DNA from: Fibrobacterales bacterium
GTDB taxonomy: Bacteria; Fibrobacterota; Fibrobacteria; Fibrobacterales; JAOPTW01
Assembly (NCBI GenBank): GCA_051532035.1
Contig: JAOPTW010000048.1
Span: forward strand, 1 to 46,396
DNA: 46,396 nt
Direction of reading: 5' to 3'
Position numbers and translations under genes: made by a program. Shown here one piece after another: positions 1 to 8,769 of this stretch (position 1 is its first letter; each line of letters starts with the position of its first letter). The notes beneath the pieces are model-generated. The model saw only the letters and a program-made list of their open reading frames with translations. It was not told where the DNA came from and searched no databases.

Positions 1-40
1 ACTAAATATAATACTTGCAATAGTCTTGTTTCTTAAAATA

Positions 41-70
41 AAAAAAGCAGAGTAATAATACTCTGCTTTT
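41..70 (-). terminator. Intrinsic terminator after korB (potentially bidirectional)
   Basis: AAAAGCAGAGTA-ATAA-TACTCTGCTTTT perfect inverted repeat about 20 nt past the korB stop. Confidence 0.85.
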
Positions 71-92
71 AATTTTTTGCTGAAAAATTGTG

Positions 93-1094
93 TTATTTAA
101 TTTCCCAGGTCTGACCTTCGTTGAGTAGCTCATCAAGAGTTCCAACACCAGTTTGATCTTGTGCTTGTTTGATTTGACCGTTAAGCATTTCACCGTAGGT
201 TGGTTTTTCAATACTTCTAAATACACCTACAGGTACAGGGAATTCAGGGTATTGAAACTGAGCAAGCATTCCAGAGATCACCCCTGTCACATCATGAGTA
301 TTGTGAACAAGAACTTGATCTTTGTTGGCGTCAGTAACATCAATGACTTTTGGTGTAAGTCCATCAAGAATTATGCCTTTAGCATTATCTTCTCCAAAAA
401 GCATTGGCTTGCCATGCTCTAGATAGAGAAGAGTTTTTTCTCTTACAGATTTACTTGTGTAGTCGTTGTGAATACCTTTTTGATACGTGATACAGTCAAC
501 AAAGAGCTCTACCATAGCAGTGCCACTAAATTCAGATGCTGCACGCATCACCTGGGCAAGGTGTTTTTTATCATTATCAACAGAGCGTGCAACGAATGCA
601 CCATTTGCACCAAGAGCGGTAGCAACTGTATTGATAGGGTAATCTATCGATCCATGTGGTGAAGAAGCCGTTACAGTACCCATTTTTGACGTCGGTGCAT
701 ATTGACCTTTAGTAAGGCCGTAGATACTGTTATTAAACATGAGAATTTTAATATCGTGATTACGGCGAATCGCATGGTAAAAGTGGTTTCCACCAATACT
801 CATTGCATCACCATCACCAGTAATAACCCATGTTTCAAGATCTGGATTCGCTTCTTTTACACCAATAGCTGCTGCAGGTGCACGACCGTGTATCGTATGA
901 AAGCCATACGTACCCATGTAGTATGGGAAACGGCTTGAACAACCAATACCCGAAATTACTGCTACGTTATGTGGCTGTTTTCCTTGACTTGCAAGCATGT
1001 CTTGAAATACGTTAAGGATCATGAAGTCACCACAACCAGGGCACCATCGTACTTTACAATCCGAAGCAAAATCTGCTTTTGTGAGCTCTGCCAT
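93..1094 (-). CDS. korB: 2-oxoacid:ferredoxin oxidoreductase subunit beta
   Basis: WCPGCG, SGIGCS, HGRA and GDGD...NN TPP motif; ATG at 1094 preceded by GGAGG. Confidence 0.93.
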   Translation of the reverse strand: MAELTKADFASDCKVRWCPGCGDFMILNVFQDMLASQGKQPHNVAVISGIGCSSRFPYYMGTYGFHTIHGRAPAAAIGVKEANPDLETWVITGDGDAMSIGGNHFYHAIRRNHDIKILMFNNSIYGLTKGQYAPTSKMGTVTASSPHGSIDYPINTVATALGANGAFVARSVDNDKKHLAQVMRAASEFSGTAMVELFVDCITYQKGIHNDYTSKSVREKTLLYLEHGKPMLFGEDNAKGIILDGLTPKVIDVTDANKDQVLVHNTHDVTGVISGMLAQFQYPEFPVPVGVFRSIEKPTYGEMLNGQIKQAQDQTGVGTLDELLNEGQTWEIK

Positions 1095-1095
1095 A

Positions 1096-2925
1096 TTAGT
1101 TGCCTCCAAGTTCTGCAGTTATGTGATCAACAATCTCTTTAATTGCAAAAGGTTGACCTTCAACTTTATTATATCCATCAACAGAGATGCCATAAGTGCC
1201 TTGAATAAGCTCTTTCATCTGACCGTTGTTGAGTTCACAAACAGTAACTTTCTTAAATGCATTTAAGATGTCACCAAGGTTTTTAGGGAAAGGGTTGATG
1301 TATTTGATGTCCATGTAGGCTACTTTTTTACCAGCAGCTCTAAGGTCTTCAACAGCAGATTCCACTGTACCCCATGTACCACCCCAAGAAATAACGAGAA
1401 TATCATCATCAGTTGATCCAAGTATTCCTTGTTCTGGGATGTAGTTTGCAATATTTGCAATTTTATTTTTACGATGGTCGGTCATAATTTGGTGATTTTC
1501 TGCACCTGTGTTAACGGTACCCGTTCCATCTTGTTTTTCAAGTCCACCAATACGGTGCATAAGACCTTCGGTGCCAGGGATTGCCCATGGGCGAACAAGA
1601 TCTTTATCACGAGAGTATGAAAGATAGTCTTCTGTATTCGCTGCAACATTTGGAAAGTCTAATTCAGGGAGATCTGAAGCCTTTGGAATTTTAAATGGTT
1701 CAGCACCAAAGCCAATAAAGCCATCAGTCAACAATACTACAGGAGTCATAAATTGCATAGCAAGACGTGACGCCTCAAATCCCATTTTAAAACAATCTGC
1801 AGGAGAATTCGCTGCAAGCACTACAAGTGGTGAATCACCATTTCTTCCGTACATTGCTTGAAGAAGGTCTGACTGCTCAGTTTTTGTAGGGAGGCCGGTT
1901 GATGGGCCACCACGCTGTACATTTACTACAACGACTGGAAGTTCTGCAATAACTGCAAGGTTCAACCCTTCAGATTTAAGACAGAGGCCTGGTCCTGAAG
2001 TGGTTGTTACTGCTAATGAACCGGCATATGCCGCGCCAACAGCGGCAACCATAGAAGCGATTTCATCTTCCATCTGAAGTGTTTTTACACCATAACGTTT
2101 CATAGCTGCGAGGGTGTAAAGAATTTCTGTTGCAGGGGTAATTGGGTATGAAGCAAGGAATACTTCTTTGCCAGCTTTAAGACCGGCCGCTGCAATTCCA
2201 ATGCCTGTAGCTTCGTTACCAAAAACTTTTTTATAGGTACCCTTTGCAAGGTCTGCTGCAGGAACTTTATATGAGTCTACAACGAGTTCTAAATTTTCTG
2301 CATACGTCCAGCCAGCATTCATAACTGCAATGTTCGCAGCTGCAATATCAGGTTTTTTAGCGAATTTTTTATTGAGCCAATTTTCAGTAAGTTTCATCTC
2401 TCGTTCATAAAGCCAGTAAACCATACCGAGCATGAAAAAGTTTTTACATCGCTTGGACTCTTTCGATGATAAGCCTGAATTTTCAAGAGCACTTACGGTG
2501 AGAGCAGTAAAGTCATCTTTAATAATGCGCATGCCATCAAGTGAACCATCTTCTAGTGGGTTAGTTTCATAACCAGCAAAGCCAAGATACTTTTTGCTAA
2601 ATCCGGAAACATCAACAAAAAGAAATCCGCCTTCTTTTAATTTGTCGCCATTTGTTTTCAGTGCAGCAGCATTAAAAGCGACGAGACAGTCGTACAAATC
2701 TCCCGCTGTTTTTGCTTTTTTTGATGTAAAGTGTACTTGGTACGCTGAAACTCCACCGAGTGAACCGCCTGGTGCACGAATATCTGCCGGAAAGTCCGGT
2801 TGGATTGATATTTCGTTACCAAGAGCAGCCGATGATTCAGCAAACTGAGAACCGATTACTTGTAACCCATCACCAGAATCTCCAGCGAAGCGAATTACAA
2901 TTGAATCTACAGATAATTTGGACAT
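1096..2925 (-). CDS. korA: 2-oxoacid:ferredoxin oxidoreductase subunit alpha (gamma-alpha fusion)
   Basis: AGDSGDG, YPITP, EDEIA, TSGPG, QRGGPSTGLPTK motifs; start reset to ATG 2925 (AAGG upstream). Confidence 0.93.
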   Translation of the reverse strand: MSKLSVDSIVIRFAGDSGDGLQVIGSQFAESSAALGNEISIQPDFPADIRAPGGSLGGVSAYQVHFTSKKAKTAGDLYDCLVAFNAAALKTNGDKLKEGGFLFVDVSGFSKKYLGFAGYETNPLEDGSLDGMRIIKDDFTALTVSALENSGLSSKESKRCKNFFMLGMVYWLYEREMKLTENWLNKKFAKKPDIAAANIAVMNAGWTYAENLELVVDSYKVPAADLAKGTYKKVFGNEATGIGIAAAGLKAGKEVFLASYPITPATEILYTLAAMKRYGVKTLQMEDEIASMVAAVGAAYAGSLAVTTTSGPGLCLKSEGLNLAVIAELPVVVVNVQRGGPSTGLPTKTEQSDLLQAMYGRNGDSPLVVLAANSPADCFKMGFEASRLAMQFMTPVVLLTDGFIGFGAEPFKIPKASDLPELDFPNVAANTEDYLSYSRDKDLVRPWAIPGTEGLMHRIGGLEKQDGTGTVNTGAENHQIMTDHRKNKIANIANYIPEQGILGSTDDDILVISWGGTWGTVESAVEDLRAAGKKVAYMDIKYINPFPKNLGDILNAFKKVTVCELNNGQMKELIQGTYGISVDGYNKVEGQPFAIKEIVDHITAELGGN

Positions 2926-3062
2926 AGAAACCTTATTTTTGAGTGATTTACACTTAAATTCGAGTAGCCAATATAATAAAAACAACTATGTAACCCTAGA
3001 GAAAATCGGATGATAGACGAACTATGGTTGGATTTTTTGGGGGTTTAGAGAGAGTGAGGTAT

Positions 3063-3088
3063 AAAAAAACCGAGCGGGTTAGGCTCGG
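3063..3088 (-). terminator. Intrinsic terminator after NSS transporter
   Basis: CCGAGC/GCTCGG stem followed by T7 on the minus strand. Confidence 0.7.
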
Positions 3089-3113
3089 CTCAGATTCATA
3101 CTTTTGTGTCGAA

Positions 3114-4886
3114 TTATGTTAAAAGGTTTTCGTCGGTATCGGTGTGATTGGGCCGTGGTTGTCTCCATATTCTATAGGCAAGTATGATTGCAATGAGGAG
3201 CGTGAGGGCCAAAATACCAACACCGAAGGTTTGCAATGCTGATTGAGGGTATCCGCCATAGAGCATTTTTTTATCACTCACCACTATGAGTATTAAAAAA
3301 AGAACTGGAGTAATTTTTCGAAAAATAAATGCGACAATTGAACTGGTGACTGGTCCAATACGTGTAGAGAGTGCCTTGAATGTTGTGGTATCGCCAACGA
3401 GGTAATAGGTAATTGCTTGAGCGAGAAGAGCTATAAAGAGGACTTCTCCAATGGAAGCCCCGCCAAGGGTTATTTCAAAATCAGCTTTAAACGCTTGATA
3501 CAGTATGACTATGAGAATAGTAGGGGTGATATACTTAATACAGATGTCCCATGCCTTAATGAGTCGGCGCCCACCTACTGAATTCACATAATTGCGGGCA
3601 ACATATGCCTTTAAAACCCATCCGACGGCAATACACTCTAAAAGACCGCCGACTACGAGGGCGTAGTTGTTTATAAAGTGGTCAACGATGTCGAGAATGA
3701 ACAGGCCAGCGCTGGTTGTAAATATGAGGCTTAAAATAAAGCCAGATCCACAGATAGCAGTGACTACTTTACCGCGGCTCAGCTTGAACTTATCAGTAAT
3801 CGAACAAGCAAAGGCCTCGATAAGTGATATACCTGACGAAAGCCCAGCGAGAACAAGTGAAAGAAAAAAGACAATACCAAAAAGTGAATTTGCAAAAGGG
3901 AGTTGACTGATTGCTTCGGGATAGGCGACAAAGGCAAGTGAAGGTCCGGATTTTACGACTTCAGTAATAGGCACCCCTTTGGCTTGTGCCATAAAGCCGA
4001 GTACACCAAATACTGCAAACCCAGCGAAAACTGAATAGAGGCAGTTTGTTAATGTTGTTGTTATAGCGTTACCAACGATATCCGCTTTTCGTGGAAGGTA
4101 ACTTGCGTAGGTAATCATTATGCCAAAACCAAGAGAGAGCGTAAAGAAAATTTGACCAAATGCGGCGATCCACACATTCCATACTTTTTCGTCATTGTAG
4201 TGGGTGAAGATATCAATTTTATCCCAATTTGGGGTGAGGTAGTGTTTGATGCCTTCTCCGGCGCCATCGAGAGTGACAGTCCAGGCGACCAAGACTGCAG
4301 TAAGAAGAAACAGTAATGGCATAAATACCATACAGGCTTTTTCAATCCCATGGTTTATCTCTTTAAAACAGATGGCCCAAATTAAAGTCCAGACAACCAC
4401 GTTCGAAATTATTATTGCAGGGTTCATTGAGCCTAAGTCAAATACGCCATTCTCAAAAGGCTTTCCAGGGAGATCAAGGAAGTCATTAAAAAAGAAGGAT
4501 TGTGCGTCCATACCCCAAGATATCGAGAATGAAAAGACGAGATAGTTTAAGCACCAGGCAATAACCACTGAGTAAAAGAGCATTATTCCGATACTAGCAA
4601 CTGTTGGCATCCACCAACCAATCCATTCAAGTTTTTTGCTTATTCTACTAAATGCGAGGGGAGAGGCCCCCTGTTCTTTGTGGCCCAGTGCATACTCGAG
4701 AACCATAAGAGGTATTCCTGCAAAAATAATTGCGACGATATAAGGCACTAAGAAAGCGCCTCCTCCATTTTCGTAGGCCATATAACTGAATCGCCATATG
4801 TTCCCAAGCCCGACTGCCGAACCAACTGCAGCTAATATAAAACCCCATTTGCTTCCCCAGACTGCACGGTTATTCTGATCTGCCAT
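3114..4886 (-). CDS. Sodium-dependent transporter, neurotransmitter:sodium symporter (NSS/SNF) family
   Basis: GSAVGLGNIWRF, GGGAFLVPY, GQIFFTLSLGFG, GPSLAFVAYP motifs; GGAGGAG RBS. Confidence 0.93.
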   Translation of the reverse strand: MADQNNRAVWGSKWGFILAAVGSAVGLGNIWRFSYMAYENGGGAFLVPYIVAIIFAGIPLMVLEYALGHKEQGASPLAFSRISKKLEWIGWWMPTVASIGIMLFYSVVIAWCLNYLVFSFSISWGMDAQSFFFNDFLDLPGKPFENGVFDLGSMNPAIIISNVVVWTLIWAICFKEINHGIEKACMVFMPLLFLLTAVLVAWTVTLDGAGEGIKHYLTPNWDKIDIFTHYNDEKVWNVWIAAFGQIFFTLSLGFGIMITYASYLPRKADIVGNAITTTLTNCLYSVFAGFAVFGVLGFMAQAKGVPITEVVKSGPSLAFVAYPEAISQLPFANSLFGIVFFLSLVLAGLSSGISLIEAFACSITDKFKLSRGKVVTAICGSGFILSLIFTTSAGLFILDIVDHFINNYALVVGGLLECIAVGWVLKAYVARNYVNSVGGRRLIKAWDICIKYITPTILIVILYQAFKADFEITLGGASIGEVLFIALLAQAITYYLVGDTTTFKALSTRIGPVTSSIVAFIFRKITPVLFLILIVVSDKKMLYGGYPQSALQTFGVGILALTLLIAIILAYRIWRQPRPNHTDTDENLLT

Positions 4887-4999
4887 TAGTTATTCTCCTC
4901 CTAACTGAATGAAATAAATGTAATTAAGAACATTCATTAAAGAGGGTTGAACTTTAAATTTTGGGGGCAAGGTTATAAAAAGTACAATCCGACTGTGGC

Positions 5000-5791
5000 T
5001 TAAGCTTCTGAAAAAGTAACGGTATACCCGGTGAATTTTCGAATGTTGATTACCCCAGTATCAAAGATAAGGTACTGACCTTTAATACCTTTGAGAATAC
5101 CATGAACTACTGGTTCTTTATCGAAATTATGCGACACAATTTTACTGGGGTATTCTTCAACGGGATACACTATCTCAACAGGTTCAGCGTCTTTAAGCAA
5201 AAACTGTTTGAACTCATCAGGAATGATTTTAAAAATCTCTTCGCGCTCAGCCTTGAGGTCCAGTTCAGAAACTTCATTCTTAAGCATCTTTCGCCAGTTG
5301 GTTTTATCAGCAATATGCTCTGCGATGGCAATCTCTAATTTACCCGAGTCGAGACGCGTAGGTACTTCGGCAATTTCAACTGCTTGTACTGCGCCTTGGT
5401 CCATCCATCGTGTTTTTTCCTTATAACGATGGGTAATTCCGACTTTTAAGCCTGAAGAATTCGCGATATAGACTGCATGCCTGTTCATGCAGTTCATGAG
5501 CCCCCATTCGGGTTGACGACAGGTTCCTTTATGGTGATGGCATAATTCTGGTTTTAGGATGCAGATATCACATGATGCAAGTTTTTGCATACAGCTAAAG
5601 CAATGACCCTGTGCAAAGCTCTTCTTGGTTCGGGTGCCACAAGCTGCGCACGATATAATGCCGTTAAAAGTGAGAGTGATTGCTTTACCGATATACGGAT
5701 TGAGCTTTATAATAGTGCCACCTATAGGCAAGCCGTATTCAATAGGGGTCGCAAAGGTGGTATGCATTTTTTTTAATGTGCCAGTAATCAT
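5000..5791 (-). CDS. DUF2797 domain protein
   Basis: CxxCG-x-TKKSFAQGHC, VYIANSSGLKVGIT, DKTNWRKMLK, GIKGQYLIFD; start reset to ATG 5791. Confidence 0.85.
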   Translation of the reverse strand: MITGTLKKMHTTFATPIEYGLPIGGTIIKLNPYIGKAITLTFNGIISCAACGTRTKKSFAQGHCFSCMQKLASCDICILKPELCHHHKGTCRQPEWGLMNCMNRHAVYIANSSGLKVGITHRYKEKTRWMDQGAVQAVEIAEVPTRLDSGKLEIAIAEHIADKTNWRKMLKNEVSELDLKAEREEIFKIIPDEFKQFLLKDAEPVEIVYPVEEYPSKIVSHNFDKEPVVHGILKGIKGQYLIFDTGVINIRKFTGYTVTFSEA

Positions 5792-5956
5792 AGGGCACAA
5801 AATAATAAACAAAAAGAGGCTTGTCTTTGGAGAATGCTATTAATTACACCCTTGAGAAAAATTTCAATAGAAACGAGTTTCTTGATTAACTTTAAAGCAG
5901 GCTCTTAGGGGCAGAATTGGGGTTGTTTATAAAAAACAAGTATTAAAACAGAATTG

Positions 5957-5985
5957 TTGACTTTTGTTAATTCCAATGTTATCAT
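5957..5985 (+). promoter_or_regulatory. Sigma70-type promoter, predicted TSS at the ATG 5992
   Basis: TTGACT-17 nt-TATCAT with extended TG; the -10 ends 6 nt before the ATG. Confidence 0.6.
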
Positions 5986-5991
5986 ATAGTT

Positions 5992-6201
5992 ATGGAAAAG
6001 TTGTCTAACATAATAGGGTTTCTCATAACAATTGCTTGTGTCGAAGTGATGGCTCTTAATAATTCGCGGTATGCAGCTGCCCATTCTCATTTTTCAGATA
6101 AGGCAGAGGGGAGTACCGTTTATTTCATTGTTGGCGGTATAGGCTTTTTGATTATATTAGGTCTCTTCGTTATACTTGGCATAAAGTCTCGTAAAAAGTA
6201 A
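5992..6201 (+). CDS. Small membrane protein (signal-like N-terminus, C-terminal TM helix, basic tail)
   Basis: Hydrophobic N-terminus; VYFIVGGIGFLIILGLFVILGI followed by KSRKK; promoter directly upstream. Confidence 0.6.
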   Translation: MEKLSNIIGFLITIACVEVMALNNSRYAAAHSHFSDKAEGSTVYFIVGGIGFLIILGLFVILGIKSRKK

Positions 6202-6272
6202 GGGCAAAAACATGTTGGACATTGTTAGTATTTTATCTAATTTAGCCCCGTAACCCCCTCAAATAAACTTGT

Positions 6273-7673
6273 ATGCATAGATATAAAATTTCTTTTTTCA
6301 TATTGATACTCTTAATCTGCTCTGTGCAGTCTAATTCCCCACAGCAAGGATCGGTAAAAAAATTATTTACTGTAACTGAACAACGAGTTGTCTCAACAAC
6401 TTATTCAGTATTTAATGGCGACACTATACTTTCTCAGGATACTTCTGTGACGAGCGATACTCTCTTTATGAAGGATGAGCATATCGTCGTTAAGCCTGAT
6501 ATGGATACGTATACTGTTTCTAAAAACGTTGCTGATATTTTAGATGGTATGACTCTCGAAGAGAAAGCGGGCCAGTTGATAATTGTGTACCACTCAAATT
6601 TTCGATTTTTGTCTGAGCATAAAGTTGGTGCGGTTTTAATCATGCAAAACATGTTAAAAAAACCCGGTAAGCTTGTAGAGAACCTCAAATTTGCTCAAGA
6701 TAATATGCATATTCCTCTTTTGGTTACTATTGATCAAGAGGGTGGTCAAATAAATCGGTTAAAAAAAGTTCCGGGATGGAAATCACTTCCTTCTGCATTC
6801 GAGCTTGGTACATGGGATGAAAAGACCATTGAGGAACATGCTTTTAAAGTTGGTCAAAAATTACGTGAATTAGGGGTGAACACCAACCTAGCACCTGTAC
6901 TCGATCCATCTCTTGATCAGTTTGGTCTTGGTACTTTTATGCTCAAAACTAAACGCTCATTTGGTGCAAATGCTGATTCTATTTATAAGGCATCCACTGC
7001 TTTTATGCAGGGCATGAATAGAGCGGGAATTCTTTGTGTAACCAAACACTACCCGGGTTACGATGCTGAAGAAAATAGTGATCATGAAATAACCGTGAGC
7101 AATGCAGATAGTCTCTTTATTTATCAAAACATGAAAGTGTTTAATAAAGCAATGGATCGTGCAAGTGGTGTTATGATCAATTCAATTCATTACCCTAATA
7201 TGTGTAGTAAGCCTGCCGTGTTTTGCCCTGAGATAATAGAACAAGTGCGAAGAGTCAATCCTCATAAGATAATTATGACTGATGACTTATGGGGGGCTTC
7301 TCTGAGAGGCTATGTAAGTAATACAAAAAAAGTTCATCGTACACGCTACCCTAAAAAAGATCTGGTTAAACTCGTTGAGATGCTCTTTGCTGCAGGCAAC
7401 GATATGTTGATGACTACTTATCCAAAGACAGTACCAGTGATCGTTGAGACTGTTGTAAAGATGGCAAAGAGCGACCCTAAATATATGGAGCAACTCAATA
7501 TGTCGGTTAAGCGAATATTGGAAGCGAAAGAGTCTATAGGGCTACTGAATAGGGTAGAGCTTAAAGAGTGGCGGGCTCGTTATAACGGTATCATAGAAAA
7601 AAAAAGAGCCCACGATGGTAAATATCGCGCTCAATCTCAATCTGAACCTGAAACAGTAGATCAAGAAATGTAG
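6273..7673 (+). CDS. Secreted glycoside hydrolase family 3 (beta-N-acetylhexosaminidase-like)
   Basis: Signal peptide; MTLEEKAGQL, IDQEGG, NLAPVLD, RSFG, KHYPG, MTDDL, AGNDMLM. Confidence 0.85.
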   Translation: MHRYKISFFILILLICSVQSNSPQQGSVKKLFTVTEQRVVSTTYSVFNGDTILSQDTSVTSDTLFMKDEHIVVKPDMDTYTVSKNVADILDGMTLEEKAGQLIIVYHSNFRFLSEHKVGAVLIMQNMLKKPGKLVENLKFAQDNMHIPLLVTIDQEGGQINRLKKVPGWKSLPSAFELGTWDEKTIEEHAFKVGQKLRELGVNTNLAPVLDPSLDQFGLGTFMLKTKRSFGANADSIYKASTAFMQGMNRAGILCVTKHYPGYDAEENSDHEITVSNADSLFIYQNMKVFNKAMDRASGVMINSIHYPNMCSKPAVFCPEIIEQVRRVNPHKIIMTDDLWGASLRGYVSNTKKVHRTRYPKKDLVKLVEMLFAAGNDMLMTTYPKTVPVIVETVVKMAKSDPKYMEQLNMSVKRILEAKESIGLLNRVELKEWRARYNGIIEKKRAHDGKYRAQSQSEPETVDQEM

Positions 7674-7695
7674 AAGGGGAGAGTTATCCCCTTTT
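7674..7695 (+). terminator. Terminator hairpin between convergent genes
   Basis: AAGGGGA-GAGTTA-TCCCCTT then TT. Confidence 0.55.
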
Positions 7696-7703
7696 ATAGG
7701 TAT

Positions 7704-8201
7704 CTATAGATTTTTATAGGCTTCAAAAAACTCTACAAATCCATCTTTTGCTGTTGCATAACCACCTGTTGAAAATTCACCCTCGGCATAATTTATCTGT
7801 ACAAGAACTTCTTCAGATTTTATAAGACGCTCCAAAAAGGGGAGAGTGATAATATATGACTGTATAGTCTCTGAACTCCCTGTGCGACTATTTAATTGGC
7901 AATGAATACTCTCTTTTTCAGGAGTAATAAAGTAAAGCTCTTTGTCGAGTGATATTGTCAGAGCATCATCTAAATCAGGATTACATCGATTAGGTAATAT
8001 CGCATGGAGCTTCAGTTCTTTTGCTTCATCCGATATGCTTGCAGATAGGCTGAGTAATGCTTCTGTATCGGGGAGCCATCCCGCTTGCATTGTAACTTTT
8101 GTAGAGAATGCACTTTCTTCTATAGTAACTGTTTTTGGTTTTGTCGTAGAACATGTTACCAATACCATTGATGCAACTGCTGTAATTATAACCTTTCTCA
8201 T
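7704..8201 (-). CDS. Hypothetical lipoprotein
   Basis: MRKVII...LVTC lipobox-like signal; 165-aa ORF filling the gap. Confidence 0.65.
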   Translation of the reverse strand: MRKVIITAVASMVLVTCSTTKPKTVTIEESAFSTKVTMQAGWLPDTEALLSLSASISDEAKELKLHAILPNRCNPDLDDALTISLDKELYFITPEKESIHCQLNSRTGSSETIQSYIITLPFLERLIKSEEVLVQINYAEGEFSTGGYATAKDGFVEFFEAYKNL

Positions 8202-8409
8202 ATCCGTACCCGCCTTACGTTATAAAGAAAACCCCGTCTCTTTAAAATAGTATAAAGTATGTATACATGATACCATCTAATTGTATTAAAGACACCATGT
8301 GAAAGAAATGAGGAGTAAAGTTTTACTTTTTAGTGGCATAGAGTTGAGTTGTTTTGCTTGTTTGGAGAGTTGATTGGCGAGTTGAACGCAATAAAACACT
8401 AAATTTATA

Positions 8410-8437
8410 ATGTCATATAATATATATTATGTAAACT
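8410..8437. other. dif: Candidate XerCD dif chromosome dimer resolution site
   Basis: ATGTCATATAA-TATATA-TTATGTAAACT; 24/28 identical to B. subtilis dif as recalled (ACTTCCTAGAATATATATTATGTAAACT); intergenic. Confidence 0.8.
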
Positions 8438-8481
8438 AAAGTGTGTATTGGTTGTTTTCAACTGGCCTAGTGGGTTGTGAA

Positions 8482-8769
8482 TTAACGTTTTGGGTTGTAG
8501 TTATTCATTGCCACCAAAAGAATTGCGAAAAAGCTCATGATCATTGAGCCGACAATTATTTGTTCTTGATGGTTGTAGTTCCGTTTGATGTACTTAACAT
8601 TTACTGTGTCCACTTGTGTTGACGTTGAGTCATCAAAATCATATGTGTTCATCATGTCATTTCGAATATCGCTGTATTCTTTCACTTGCCCGGTAGATGG
8701 GAACCGGGCAAATACTGTTGATGCAAAAATCAAAATAATAATACACAGAATGTTACGCAATGAGTTCAT
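8482..8769 (-). CDS. Small membrane protein (signal peptide plus C-terminal TM)
   Basis: Signal peptide ending VFA; C-terminal hydrophobic helix; overlaps the gatB 3' end by 17 nt. Confidence 0.65.
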   Translation of the reverse strand: MNSLRNILCIIILIFASTVFARFPSTGQVKEYSDIRNDMMNTYDFDDSTSTQVDTVNVKYIKRNYNHQEQIIVGSMIMSFFAILLVAMNNYNPKR

